Assembly (NCBI RefSeq): GCF_964355755.1
Contig: NC_092674.1
Location: 24,552,001-24,616,000, forward strand
DNA length: 64,000 nt
DNA from: Antedon mediterranea
Lineage: Eukaryota > Animalia > Echinodermata
Direction: 5' to 3'
A program made the translations under genes and the position numbers. Positions 51,948-63,976 of this stretch are shown here, one piece after another. The notes under the pieces were generated by a model, which saw only the letters and a list, made by a program, of their open reading frames with translations, did no database searches and had not been told where the DNA came from. Numbering within the stretch: position 1 is the first letter of the stretch; every line of letters begins with the position of its first letter.

Positions 51948-54900
51948 TCAAGAATGAGTTTGCTTGGTGCTGACGGTTGCCCACCAAATCGGGAGATCAA
52001 AACAAAGATTGTAGATCATTGGCTCTGACGTCACTGCAAAGTATTCTTGTGGAATTTGCTGATTGCCTACCAAGTGCAGTACCACGGGATTTTTATTTTT
52101 AATCTGGGAAAACAAAATAAATGTTATCGTAATATCAGTGTATAAATTGGAGTAAATTCAATAGAAAGTTGAATATGTTTGCTTAAAAATTAAAAAGTAA
52201 GATGAAATAGCCTCTTTGATTCATCAAGCCTCTATTTTAAAACATTCTTATCCCAAAGTAGGCCTACACCAAGTCACTATCCAGTGCTATCTACCAGTGC
52301 CCATTTAGGCTTAGTTTGTGTTGGTCTCTAGGCCTACCCACAATCAATAGCCAGTAATAACTGTCCCCACAAAACCAATTACTACCTGGTAAATATCTAA
52401 AACTAAGCAATACTATAACACTTCTAGTGCTAACATTAGTAACGTTTATTAAGTATTCCAGCGATTCAGGTGAAATATGTAGAGTTACCTTAGATATAAG
52501 TTGAATGGTATTGCTAGCTTTATTTACATAACACGTTCCATCATTTTTAACAACAATCAAATCCTGTGGAAAAAAAAATACAATTATGTAAAAATCTGAT
52601 ATAGTTTTGTGCATGGCTGAATACAATACGATGCAATAATTATGTATTCAACAAAAATATGAAATGATAGCAATTTAATAAATGAAACATACTTTGTCCC
52701 GAAAAATAAATTTCTAGACAAACCTTGGTTTTAGCAGATGGAGATGATTGAGAAAACAAAATGTATGCATCTAATATGTTTAACAATTAAAAAAAAAATC
52801 AGTGATTTCTTTTGTTAATACTTCAGTCTAAAAATTCCGTTTCACTTTACAATCTAAGAAGTCATTACTAATTTTGTTTAATATCTTTTTTTTTATCTGA
52901 ATAATATTATTATTTAATTAATTATATATAACATTTAGATTTTATCGTATTATATAACGTATATATATATACCTTTTTTAAACTAAATATTTGAATGATC
53001 GATTTTCTGACTTTTTGGGTTGTTAGTATCTTGGTCGATTTTGTCTTACAAAGAGACCCGAGTTCAATTCCCGACAACTCCCAGTCTACTCCGGTTTAAA
53101 TGGTTGAAAATACTAGGAAGGATAAAGGCGGCGTGGAAAGAAACTGAGGCTTAGTAAATGAGCTCATAACAGTTCATTACCTACGTTCAGAAATGAATAC
53201 ACCCTTCAGTAAATCAAATAAATACATGAATTTACTATGTTAATCTTATGAAAGTTAAAGAACATTTTAATTGTTATATCAACTTTTTTAAATGTTAGTG
53301 CAGTGGTCCCATTGATAAACATTATGTTATATAATCAGTTCATGTAGTTGTTGTGTAATTAAAATAACAGTAAGCTATTTGACCGGAGTTTCTTATTTTT
53401 CAATATTCTTTGTGCGTCGATTATTTTCTCTTTGCGTACATTAAGGAGTGGATGGATACTAGAAAATGAAACATCTTAACCGATGAAGCAGACAGGGCTG
53501 ATGAGCCGTACCTGTTGATGGCAACGACTGTACAGGTCATTAGGTTTGTGATTTTCTACCTTAAAATCAACATGTATTTGTTAGTACGTAACCAAAGTAA
53601 GAAAAATACACAGTGCATTTTGACACTTAAAGCTCCGCTCACACTGAGCCCTAATTCGGTCCGGTGGCTAGAAAAATATTCGGGATACGTTACTTTGTTT
53701 CGGTGACACACGAATGATTTGTACAATGAATGAGTATATGTGAACGGTTTATATTTTGAAACACTACTTGTAGCTCTGTCTACACAGTAAAACTAGTTTG
53801 ACAAAAATAGTGTGCCCAAATATGGTAGTGATGCTAAAAAATGGATGACATCATCATATCCATATATTATGGGCACATCATATTTTTTGGTCATATAATG
53901 TGTGATAGTGTAGACAGAGGTTAAAGTTATGTTAATTTGTGTGTATATTCGGTTCTATGTTGTACATTACGAAGTAAAATTCAAGTTGAGTAAAGCCTTG
54001 TCTACACTACACATAATGATGTCATATCACTACCATATTTGGGAATATCAATATCATATTTGGGCACATCACACTTTTTTTGTGAAACTAGTTTGATAGT
54101 GGAGACAGAGCTTTAGAAATATCAAATCATTAATCTATTTTTAAACTAAAAACCAAAATCAGTTTCTTTGTTTACTGATATTTATAATGTCAACATTTTA
54201 TTCTGACTTTAAATGCACCTTAGCAATTTCATTTAAAGACGTATTTGATAGGTAAAGATAATAAATTGGCCTTTTAGTGATCAAATAAACACATCAATTT
54301 AGCAATTATTGGACCAATTTATCCTACTAATAATGAAGATGTCTTAATCGTTGGACACAAACATATCAACTGCTGTACAAGCACTGGACAGTTGTCCACA
54401 CATTCATACTCGGCGATGGGTAATTTTAACGCTAATCATTAACGAAACTAATTACCTTGTTTCCGTCGACGATTATAGTTGATATTTCATTGTCCTCCTC
54501 CAGGGTTATGACGTGGATGTTTTGAGAGTTGTTAACATGTTCAGTCTCTGTTATAATACGACTGTGATGTTTGAATGTTATGCCATCCTAAATAGAACAT
54601 TAATGACATCTTTAGTTAAATAACAAATCATGAAAAATACATGTTTATCAACGAAATACATTTGTTATTGTATAACATTTTTGGAATTTAAAAAAGGCCA
54701 TTCAGTTATAATTATAATACTAATCTAGTAAAAATAATCTTATCTCGCTCAGTAGGCTAAATAAGTATTTCGTTGTAGGCCTATATGTAATATGTTTAGG
54801 CCTATTTGATAAATGAACTGAACAATATTCAGTCATCAATATCTTCAAATAATCCACGTATCAACTCATACTATTTAATCACCCGATTCTGCTACTGTCA

Positions 54901-56834
54901 ATAGGTATGTATCTGTATAACTATCACCAAGTGTATGCTGTCTGCATAAATGCTGTACTTTTTCTATAGTTATACAGATATCACCTAGGGACAGTAGCAG
55001 AATCGGTTGATTTAATTGGTATTTCAATAAAATGGATGTCATCATCACTATCATTATCATTATCATCACCATCCGACGTCATCTTCTGAGCATCGAATGC
55101 AAAATCATGTAAAACCTCCAGGGAGAGAGGGAGGGGATAATGCATACATAAGGGGGTAAATACATAGGCCTACATACATATCAATAAAAATAACAAAAGC
55201 AAAAAAACATTATTAATTTACTTTAAATTTCTATGTCAATGGTAATAACCTATGTTGATCTCATGGATCTGAGACAACAATTTGTATCAGTATGCACTGT
55301 ATACTCCACTCCCAAAGACTATAGTATAATAAGACTGAACGGAAATGTCACTTAAGAAGGATTGTGAATGAATTCGCTTATGGTTTGGCAATATATAAAA
55401 GCAAAACTAAAGACACAAATATTCGAAAAGAAAAATGTTGATATTCGTGTCCTTTGAACTTTCTCCGCCGTCATTCAATACATGTTTAGTATTCAAGACA
55501 TGAATGTTGATCGGACTTTAATACTAATTGCTGTTGCTAATTATTAGCTTATTTTTGTGCTTATATAACTTCAATTAAATCAAACAATGAGATTAGATAA
55601 ATACCTCAGAACGATCTTCACCAAACCGCTGGCTGCTGCTTACGTCACTGAGAAGTTTTATTTTTAGTACTGGTGCCGATAACGGAACACTCTGCAATAA
55701 TAGAAACAATTAAATTAATCTAAATTTAATGGTTTCCAGATTAATAAAAACATTAAACACTGTCAAACATTAATCAGATTATTGATTTATATTCAGAATC
55801 AATAAAAAGTACAATATTCTTAATACGAGCTTTATTACATCTCTTAATATTGAAGTATGGTTAAAAGAATTAGAACGTGGGTTAACAGAGACCAATATAA
55901 ATAATTTATTACCATTTTTTTTTTGGTATACAATAAAATTAAATCAAAGATGTTTCAATATAATGATTTATTAATCATCTTGCAACAATATTAATGTTAT
56001 TATGAAAGATAATGTTGATTTATATGTGATAAACATAAGTAATGAGAAATACTGTAATATCAAAGTATGTATTACTGTGTGAATTTGTTTGTGTTTTTCC
56101 TGAGAGACAATCTATATCCAAATTGATTTTGTTGTCTCAGTTTTTTGCAATATTAATAACAAAATAACTGAGTAAGATGTTTTGCGCTGCTCTGACGTAT
56201 TTTTACTTATACTAAATACATTGTGAAAAAATACGCTAGTAATTCTCTGGTGGGACTCGAACCCAGGACCGCCAGATCACTAGCCTGGCGTTCATACCTC
56301 TAGACCACAACTGAGGCCAGGTAAGCAGCGGGTACTGTACCGACAGGATTGTAATTGCTTGTAACTATGGAGTAGCTTTGCGTCAGGGTGTTGTTGAGTA
56401 ATTGGTCAGATGTTTTGCCTTACTCTATTTTTACTTTATTGAGAATACTTGCGAACAATAACTGAATTGTGAACAAGAAGAAAAACAACTTACTGACGTC
56501 ACATTGCAGCATATTGTAGTTAAAATAGTCAGGTAAACTAACAATGACGTTAAATCCTTTAAACAAACAATAATATAAAAAGATTGAAATTTATTTTTTG
56601 TCCAAAGTAAAGAATATTAAATCAAATTGTGGTAACGATATTATTTATAATAATCACTAGACATATTAGGCTTATGTACGTGTGAGTAATACCTAGGCCT
56701 ATGAGGAATATGTAGGCCTACCCGAATTTCACTCGCAACACACATTGTAACAATCAATTAAATCTCTTTTTTTTATTTGAACCCAGGCCTGCTTCCTTGT
56801 TTAATAAATGTATTGTGCCTACCTTACGACCCAT
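51948..56834 (-). CDS. Secreted BRICHOS-domain-like protein (174 aa; exons 56834-56823, 56556-56494, 55691-55605, 54587-54456, 52563-52489, 52103-51948)
   Basis: Six exons with canonical GT-AG sites, all phase 0, join into one open frame: MGRK-DLTSLLVYLTILTTICCNVTS-SVPL...RSE-DGITF...STIIVDGNK-DLIVVKNDGTCYV...ISK-IKNKNPVV...PMIYNLCFDLPIWWATVSTKQTHS*. It has a signal peptide plus the BRICHOS hallmarks (conserved Asp in TIIVD, CY strand, IxxLCxxxPxW). Confidence 0.82.
53040..53190 (+). mobile_element. Degenerate tRNA-derived SINE
   Basis: B-box gagttcaattcc followed by a SINE-body-like ctaggaaggataaaggcggcg. Confidence 0.45.
53772..54112. mobile_element. Two adjacent family-A MITEs in opposite orientation (53772-53921, 53994-54112)
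   Basis: TIRs (agctc)tgtctacac / gtg(t/g)agacagag and the internal 21-bp motif. Confidence 0.8.
54878..55011. mobile_element. Hairpin-forming inverted repeat (probable MITE)
   Basis: atcacccgattctgctactgtc...tatctgtataacta is inverted to tagttatacagata...gacagtagcagaatcggttgat. Confidence 0.65.
56245..56320 (-). mobile_element. tRNA-derived SINE head or tRNA pseudogene
   Basis: A-box TGGTCTAGAGG, B-box GGTTCGAGTCC and an anticodon-like loop CTAGTGA. The acceptor stem does not pair. Confidence 0.55.
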
Positions 56835-57921
56835 TGTCACGTCCTTTTTATAAGTTCGGGCTAAAAGAAAAATTGTTTGTGAATGAACGATGCAACCTAT
56901 AGGCTCCTGACGTTTATATCCGCTTCTTTTTTCTCTCTTTTTGTGGTTTTTTAACAATTTAGTGTGATTATATACCATTTTGCAGACGGGATTTTGCACA
57001 ATGGTAATTCTATTTATAAAATTATCTCATACTGTAGATTCATTGTTAAAAACCTATTGTTGTACTATTTTAAGGGTTAGCGTAATATTTCTATTTAAAT
57101 CCTAACAATTGATTACAGTTTTAAAATTCTTTATTCAAAATAGTTGTTTACAGAAAAAGTCTTACGTGGTAAGATAATAAATCCATTTTTTTTTTTGGAA
57201 TTCTTAGTCAAAGGGACAATACATCTTTAATATTAAAACTATGATAAATTTTGATTTTGAAAAACAATTGTCTGATGTTTTACAAAATATTTAAATTCCT
57301 TTGGTATAGATCAATACATTTTAATTTAATTGATTATACCATGGATTAAAGAATTCTTTAATCCATGATTATACAAACATATTGAAAAATAATTGTTAAA
57401 TAGCGTCACCAACTATATTCAATTACATCATATGCGCGCGCGAAACCAAGAAAAATAAAATCTCTGTTCTGTAGCTCTGCTGTTCATGTTGTGTGAATGT
57501 TTTGATTTTACGATCAACAACTTTAAATAAAGTTAAATTCAAAAAGGTTGGGTAATAATGTACTTGTTAATAATGTACTTTGGTCTAATATACATTGTAA
57601 TTATGTGACTGCTATGATTATTTTTTGGGGATAAAGTAGGTTTAATAATGTTTATTTTGCCAAGTAGTTACCTAGGCCTAGGCCCAGTTGATATTCATTG
57701 CACTTCACTGTGACTTGGTTGTTGGTCGACTGACGGCAGTGGCAGGGGTCCACTCAACTGTACCTACTAGGCCTAGCCTACTACTTGGTAGTCAATGTCG
57801 TTTTGGTGTGTGTTAGGCTAAAATAATGTATAAAATGTTCTGTTATTAATATTAATTATTGAATTATATTGATTGAAATATTAAATAATTGTGTGATTTT
57901 GATTTATTTGTTTTTTAGGGG

Positions 57922-58581
57922 ATGGATCATCGTATTAAAAAAGCTTTACCATATATTATCTACTGTTTATTATATATTGTGTACTATGAATATATGTATC
58001 CAGAAACATCATCCAGAAAAGTACCCTTTAAAGCCATTCCGTTGATTTATCTTTGCATCATTAACAATTTCAGTGCACTTAAACAAACGCGATACAATCG
58101 TGCCGTCTTTTTCGGGATTATTTTCACCTTGTCAGGTGATGGTTGTATGACGAAACCTGAAGAATACCTTGTCCATGCTCTATTTTCTTACACTCATGCT
58201 CATATTGCGTTCATCATAGGATTTGGCTTCACTCCAATAGCTCTAAACATCTGCACGATTGTCGTCCCACTTGGACTTGCAATGTATGCTTACATTAACC
58301 CGGGATTGGTCGGCGCGTTGATGTACCTAGTGGCGATATACATAGCCATTTTATGTTTAATGTTGTGGAGGAGTCTTGCTCGTGCTTACTATACCTCGCA
58401 CGCGGCGGAGCGTACACTAAGCGGGAAGATTCTAGGAGTAATTGGAGTTCTTTTTGTGATTTTATCTAATTTTAACCTAGCCGTTGATATTTTCTTGGAA
58501 GTCAAACCTAATCATATGGAAGTGTTTATTTCTGTTCCTCATTACCTTGGGCAGCTGATGCTCGTTTTATCTGCACTGTGA
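57922..58581 (+). CDS. TMEM86: Lysoplasmalogenase-like membrane protein, TMEM86/YhhN family (divergent)
   Basis: 219-aa multi-TM ORF with YhhN motifs KxxP, GxxFxxxGD, AH, YxxxxxxMxWR, GxxF-xx-S(D>N)xxLA and YxxQ. Acceptor ttttAG at 57918 lies just upstream; a probable non-coding exon ends at ~57546. Confidence 0.88.
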   Translation: MDHRIKKALPYIIYCLLYIVYYEYMYPETSSRKVPFKAIPLIYLCIINNFSALKQTRYNRAVFFGIIFTLSGDGCMTKPEEYLVHALFSYTHAHIAFIIGFGFTPIALNICTIVVPLGLAMYAYINPGLVGALMYLVAIYIAILCLMLWRSLARAYYTSHAAERTLSGKILGVIGVLFVILSNFNLAVDIFLEVKPNHMEVFISVPHYLGQLMLVLSAL

Positions 58582-59995
58582 AGAAGTGCACTATTACAGT
58601 ATATACAGTACTAATTACTCTACAGTTTTGCTATTCTTCGAAAATATTCCTGTACATTAAATTCTGCAATCATGTACTCTCAACTACCACAGTATGTACC
58701 TGTACCAGCTCTGTCATCTTTTACTTCGGCCTGAAATTTTCATTCATTTTCCTGATGGATTATTGTAAGGTACAGAATGTGCATTGAATTTTAACAGTAC
58801 TTTGTTGTGCAACCGTTTACCTGTCAACATCCTCATACATAAACTTTAGTTGCAAGTTCCTGAATTATGATACTTTTTTCAACAGTATGTTTATACTGTA
58901 ATAACTTTATTTTGCCATACTTAATGTGTGTATTTTTAATACAAGGTGCTTTTAATTTTTGTAACCTCTGACCGCATCTGTTCTACTTTTCCTTTTGTAC
59001 AATATAATATTAATACAGTAGTTTACATGGCTGGCTTATTTTTCTAGATTTTTAAACACAATTTATTAACAATATTTTTTTACATATTTATACCTTAGAT
59101 AACACATTAGCTTTTGAGAAAATAAAGTAAGCCGTATGTACAACACTACTACTGTGGCTATGGATAAAATAAGCCAAGCTATAACTATTCCATAAGTAAG
59201 GTGGTTCTCTATTTTTAAACATGAAGGACACCTGTATTTCTATGCAAATAAAATTAATTAAAAATGTATTTCCCCCTGCCCCCCCCCCCCCCTCCCCCTA
59301 AATAAATAATTAAATTTTAAAATGTTTTTCTTGAATATGCCTTTTTAATGTCACTATTAGTTATTCACAAAAATGTAATTTTAAAGCAAAAAAAATTGAC
59401 AAAAACAAGAAATTGACAAGTAGAAGTGAATGTGTTTTGGTTGAATTTAACAAATGTGTTCTTTCTATATTAATGAATACATTATTTGTTTTTTAACTTT
59501 ATTTAAACTGCAAAATGGCCTATTCAAAGTTTTTTTTAAATATTATTCTTATTTTTTCATGATTTTGGGGGAAAATACAATTTTGTTTTAAAATAATTAT
59601 GCTACAGTACGACTACTTTGTATTTGTGATAATGAGTTTATATAATCATGAAGACTTTTTTCCTCCATAATGATTATTAACTACTATAGAGAGTATCTGT
59701 ATTATGAAGAACCATGTACAGTACATACATCAAATATATTTTTATAATACAGTACTGTTAGTGTTATATATTTTTATAATAGCCTTAGTAGTAATAAGAC
59801 GTAATACTGGTGCGTAAAAAAATGGCACCTAATTGGCCATATTCTGTGGTACAGTACTGTATCTCTACATATGAATGATGAGCTATGATTATACCAATAA
59901 AATCTGACGAAATTTTATCAATAATTTTACTAATATTTCAGACTGTACCTGGACTAAATATAAACAAGGACGATTGTCTGTACCTCATATTTTAA

Positions 59996-60190
59996 AGACA
60001 CCTTCCCTACAATTTGTGACATTTTGTAAGAATAATACATATATTACTTTAAAAACATTAAACCAGGTCATTTCCTGTCTTAAATGTACGTTTTATGGTA
60101 AATTATTTTAAAAAGTGAGAAACAATGCACTACCTAAGTAGCTTAATTTGTGACCTTAAATTAGATCTAAAAAACGTAGGGAAGGTGTCT
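59996..60190. mobile_element. Family D (Kolobok-like) internal-deletion derivative
   Basis: Perfect 15-bp TIRs agacaccttccctac / gtagggaaggtgtct with TTAA on both flanks. Inverted relative to 48520-49145. Confidence 0.85.
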
Positions 60191-60855
60191 TTAAGTTAAT
60201 TAAAGGCCTCCCTATTATAGGCCCATATTTTGTGAGTGGAGAACCAGTAAAAAATGAAATTTTACTGGTCCTTTGTCTATTTAATAAAACCATAATGGAG
60301 ACCACTGTCTATAGGTTGTGGTGGGTATATTCAATATCAAATAAAAACCCACTGTATCTAAGTTACATTTCCTTTTATAAAGAACCTTTTATAGAAACTG
60401 TAACATTCCCATCATAAAATAGTGAAAACCTTGTTATGTTAACCATAAAATTTCCCTTTTGTGATTACGTACAAAATAAAAGAGATATCATAAAACAAAT
60501 GTAATATCCTACGTGAATACAATCAGAATGATGGCATGGATTATCTACCACGCTATGATTAAATCAAGTCTGAACAAAAAATGTGGATATACGTAACATT
60601 CCTTAATCTAAATGTTACATGAAGTGGAAAATATTTATACTGTAGGACATTTAAAAAAAGACTAAAAATAAAGTACTTTTTGATAAAATGTATTATACTG
60701 TTCTAGAAGAGTTAGATAAATTGTAGTTTATGGCAGTAACTGCAGTAATAAAATAATTGGATTTGATTCCTAATTTTAATTTAAACCAAAATCACCAATC
60801 TGCAAATCTACAAAATAAACTGTACAGTAGTTTTGTATACTAATCATAATGATAT

Positions 60856-61410
60856 AATAATAATAATAATATTTATTCGGCAAAAGTTCATAAAGTACAT
60901 TTTACAATTCATCTTGCCAGGAGCAAGTAATAGGCATGAGCCCAAACAGAAAACTGCTCTTACTCCATCATTACTTATAAAATACAAAAATAACAAAACT
61001 AAGTAGCACAAATTAAGTCAAAATAAAACAAAACAAAGTTATAATGAGATACACCAATTGAAAATAAGCTGCATTGAATAAACAATATGAACAATTACAG
61101 TACAACTTAATATTTTGAGATCAAATGTTTGATGAGTTGGGCTTTAAAGTCTGAAATTGTAGCACATTGTTTAATTTCATTGGGAAGTTGCTCCCATAAT
61201 CTAGGGAAAATAACAAACGATGAATTTAAAAATTTATTCGTCTTTGCCTTCCAATGTATTAACCACCCTTCACACCTCTCACTTGATCTCACAAACTCAT
61301 TAAAGGATGATGGACAGAGGCCATGCATTATTTTAAAACCTAATGTGAGTCTATACACTTTAAATATATCTTCAATACTTAAAATAGTTAGGGTCTATAT
61401 GAGTAATGTT
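60856..61410 (-). mobile_element. 3' end of a CR1/L2-group LINE
   Basis: ILSIEDIFK...GFKIMHGLCPSSF...FPRLWEQLPNEIKQCATISDFKAQLIKHLISKY*, then a 3' UTR, AATAAA and a (TAT)n tail. Confidence 0.75.
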
Positions 61411-61856
61411 TGAACTTGGTAATAAAACAAAAAAGAGTGTGATAATTATTTTGCTTTTTATTTTTAGGCATTTTACAAAGATATACTCTAGTTTTAGTTA
61501 AAATTATTATTGTAATAAAATATAACATTAACAACAAACTAAACATATTTGCTGTTTGTTCTTAATTTGTGTTAATTGGAAAACTGCACTTTTTTTTTCC
61601 AATTTTAGTATAATTGAAATTGCTTTAAATACACATTGAATACTGTGTATTTTAATTTATCCCAATTACACTTTCTTGGTATGACAGAACTCAGTTATTT
61701 TCTTTAAATATAATTTGAATTAAAATATAATTGTGATGGAAGTCCTAAAAATTAATTGGTAAATTATGTCATTTTTTAAGAAGAGCATATACGGTCACAA
61801 TGTGTGTTCCTGTTATTCAATACTGCTGTAAGTGGCTATTAAGATAAAAGACAGAA

Positions 61857-62985
61857 TGTCACCAAATTGTGTCATGTGTGTTCTGTTGTCACCAAGAAAT
61901 ATGTGCTGTTGTCACCTAGATATCTGAATTGTTGTCACCACCAAGATACTGTATCTGTGCTATTGTCACCAAGATGTGTCTGCTGTTGTCACCAAGATAT
62001 ATGTACTGTTGTCACCAAGATGTGTGTGCTGTTGTCACCAAGATGTGTGTGCTGCTGTTACCAAGATGTGTGTGTGTGTGTTGTCACCAAGATGTCTCTG
62101 CTGTTGTCACCAAGATATGTGTGCTGCTGTCACCAAGAAATATGTGCTGTTGTCACCTAGATATCTCAATTGTTGTCACCACCAAGATACTGTATCTGTG
62201 CTATTGTCACCAAGATGTGTGTGCTGTTGTCACCAAGATATGTGTACTGTTGTCATCAAGATACAGTATGTCAACTCTTGTTACCAAGATGTGTCTACTG
62301 CTGTCACCAAGATGTGTGTGCTGCTCTGTTGTCACCAAGATATGTGTACTCTTGTCACCAAGATGTGTCTACTGCTGTCACCAAGATGTGTGTGCTGCTG
62401 TCACCAAGATGTGTGTGCTGTTGTCACCAAGATGTGTGTGCTGTTGTCACCAAGATGTGTGTGTTGTTGTCACCAAAATGTGTGTGTTGTTGTCACCAAG
62501 ATATGTGTGTTCTTGTCACCAAGATGTGTGTGTCCTTGTCACCAAGATGTGTGTGCTGTTGTCACCAAGATGTCTCTGCTTTTGTCACCAAGATATGTGT
62601 GCTGCTGTCACCAAGGTGTGTGTACTGTTGTAACCAAGATGTGTATGCTGTTGTCACTAAGATGTGTGTGCTTTTGTCACCAAAATATGTGTGCTGCTGT
62701 CACCAAGGTGTGTGTACTGTTGTAACCAAGATGTGTATGCTGTTGTCACTAAGATGTGTGTGCTTTTGTCACCAAGATATGTGTGCTGCTGTCACCAAGG
62801 TGTGTGTACTGTTGTAACCAATATGTGTGTGCTGTTGTCACCAAGATGTCTCTGCTTTTGTCACCAAGATGTCTCTGCTTTTGTCACCAAGATATGTGTG
62901 CTGCTGTCACCAAGGTGTGTGTACTGTTGTCACTAAGATGTGTGTGCTGTTGTCACTAAGATGTGTGTGCTGTTGTCACCAAGAA
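61857..62985. repeat. 23-bp minisatellite (gtcaccaagatgtgtgtgctgtt), ~1.1 kb
   Basis: About 45-50 variable copies with few plus-strand stops, which explains the overlapping CCHQDVCAVVTKMCVLLSPR ORFs. Confidence 0.95.
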
Positions 62986-63095
62986 TGTTTTCAAATTGAA
63001 GAAAGTCAGAATAATCAGCAGGTAAGTATAATTTTTGTTATTAATATTGTTATTGTCAAGAGTAACATCATTACTACTGTACAACAAAAAAGTAA

Positions 63096-63165
63096 TAGCA
63101 TTAGTTTAGTGGTTAACGTGCTTGCCTTCCAGTCACAAGGTCCAGGGTTCAATCCTGACCTAGTT
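63096..63165 (+). mobile_element. tRNA-derived SINE head
   Basis: A-box tagtttagtgg and B-box ggttcaatcc at tRNA spacing; intronic. Confidence 0.55.
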
Positions 63166-63600
63166 CCAAATCCCCAACTGTTCAGACACACATTCTTTTA
63201 GCGTCGTACGCTAAAACGGTCTAACGCCATGGGTCTGAACAGGGCCTTAGTTTATAAGCACGATCGTTTATAAAATAGTTTATCCATCTTGTAAACGAGT
63301 TTGTGCTTGCTGTTGGATGCAATAAAATATTTTTTTATTTAAAAAATAATGTTTTAAAAAAATGGTGTTTAAATTAATATGTATTTGTTTATTTTTGTGT
63401 ACAATGTGATAGTGAGGAAGTGGTAATTTCCAATGGTTCAAAGTGTCTATTTGTGTTGTAGGTACTTGCAAAGATACCAAGTGTATTTAGCCTTATAATA
63501 AGTTAATGTGACCTGATATTTTGTATACTTTGATCTAATCTTTAATCAGTTTGTGTGCTACCAGGTTCTCCTGGCACAAACTTTGATAGTAGGTTTAAGT

Positions 63601-63976
63601 ATGGCGGGGCAACGACATATTGTTGCTGTTGCATTTTTCTTTCTAGTCCTACATCTTGGTAAGTATAGACTTTTATATTTGATTGGTTCATTTATTTATT
63701 GAAATGTCAATTAATTTTCCATCTTAGTTTTCTGCACTGTACCTAAAAATATATTGCACAAAAAATATGCTTTATTCCTAAAGATAAACACATAAAGTTT
63801 AAAATATAGAAATCTTTTTTGTTTTAGTTTCTGGCCTTGAGTGCCCGTCAGGATGGTATAAATGGAACAATGAGTGTTATTTCTTCAGTTTTTATGGTAT
63901 GAATTGGGAAGGAGCGAGGGGTAGCTGTCAATCAATGAATAGTGACTTGGTTACTATTGATGCTGCAGGAGAAAAT
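63601..63976 (+). CDS. C-type lectin domain protein, 5' part (exons 63601-63658 + 63828-63976; continues beyond the window)
   Basis: Signal peptide MAGQRHIVAVAFFFLVLHLVSG, phase-1 intron, then LECPSGWYKWNNECYFFSFYGMNWEGARGSCQSMNSDLVTIDAAGEN, the long-form CTLD N-terminus. Donor GTAAGC at 63977; upstream acceptor at 63564 and donor at 63021. Confidence 0.92.

Noticed and set aside
54987-55115. Extra acidic exon for the BRICHOS gene (VLHDFAFDAQKMTSDGDDND...)
   Set aside because: No phase-0 donor is available, the acidic run is a (GAT)n microsatellite, and its end overlaps a hairpin MITE.
61867-62959. Long Cys-rich ORFs resembling metallothionein or keratin-associated proteins
   Set aside because: All three plus-strand frames give the same permuted peptide because the 23-bp unit lacks stops. 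This is a repeat artefact; only the possible in-frame splice is kept as a finding.
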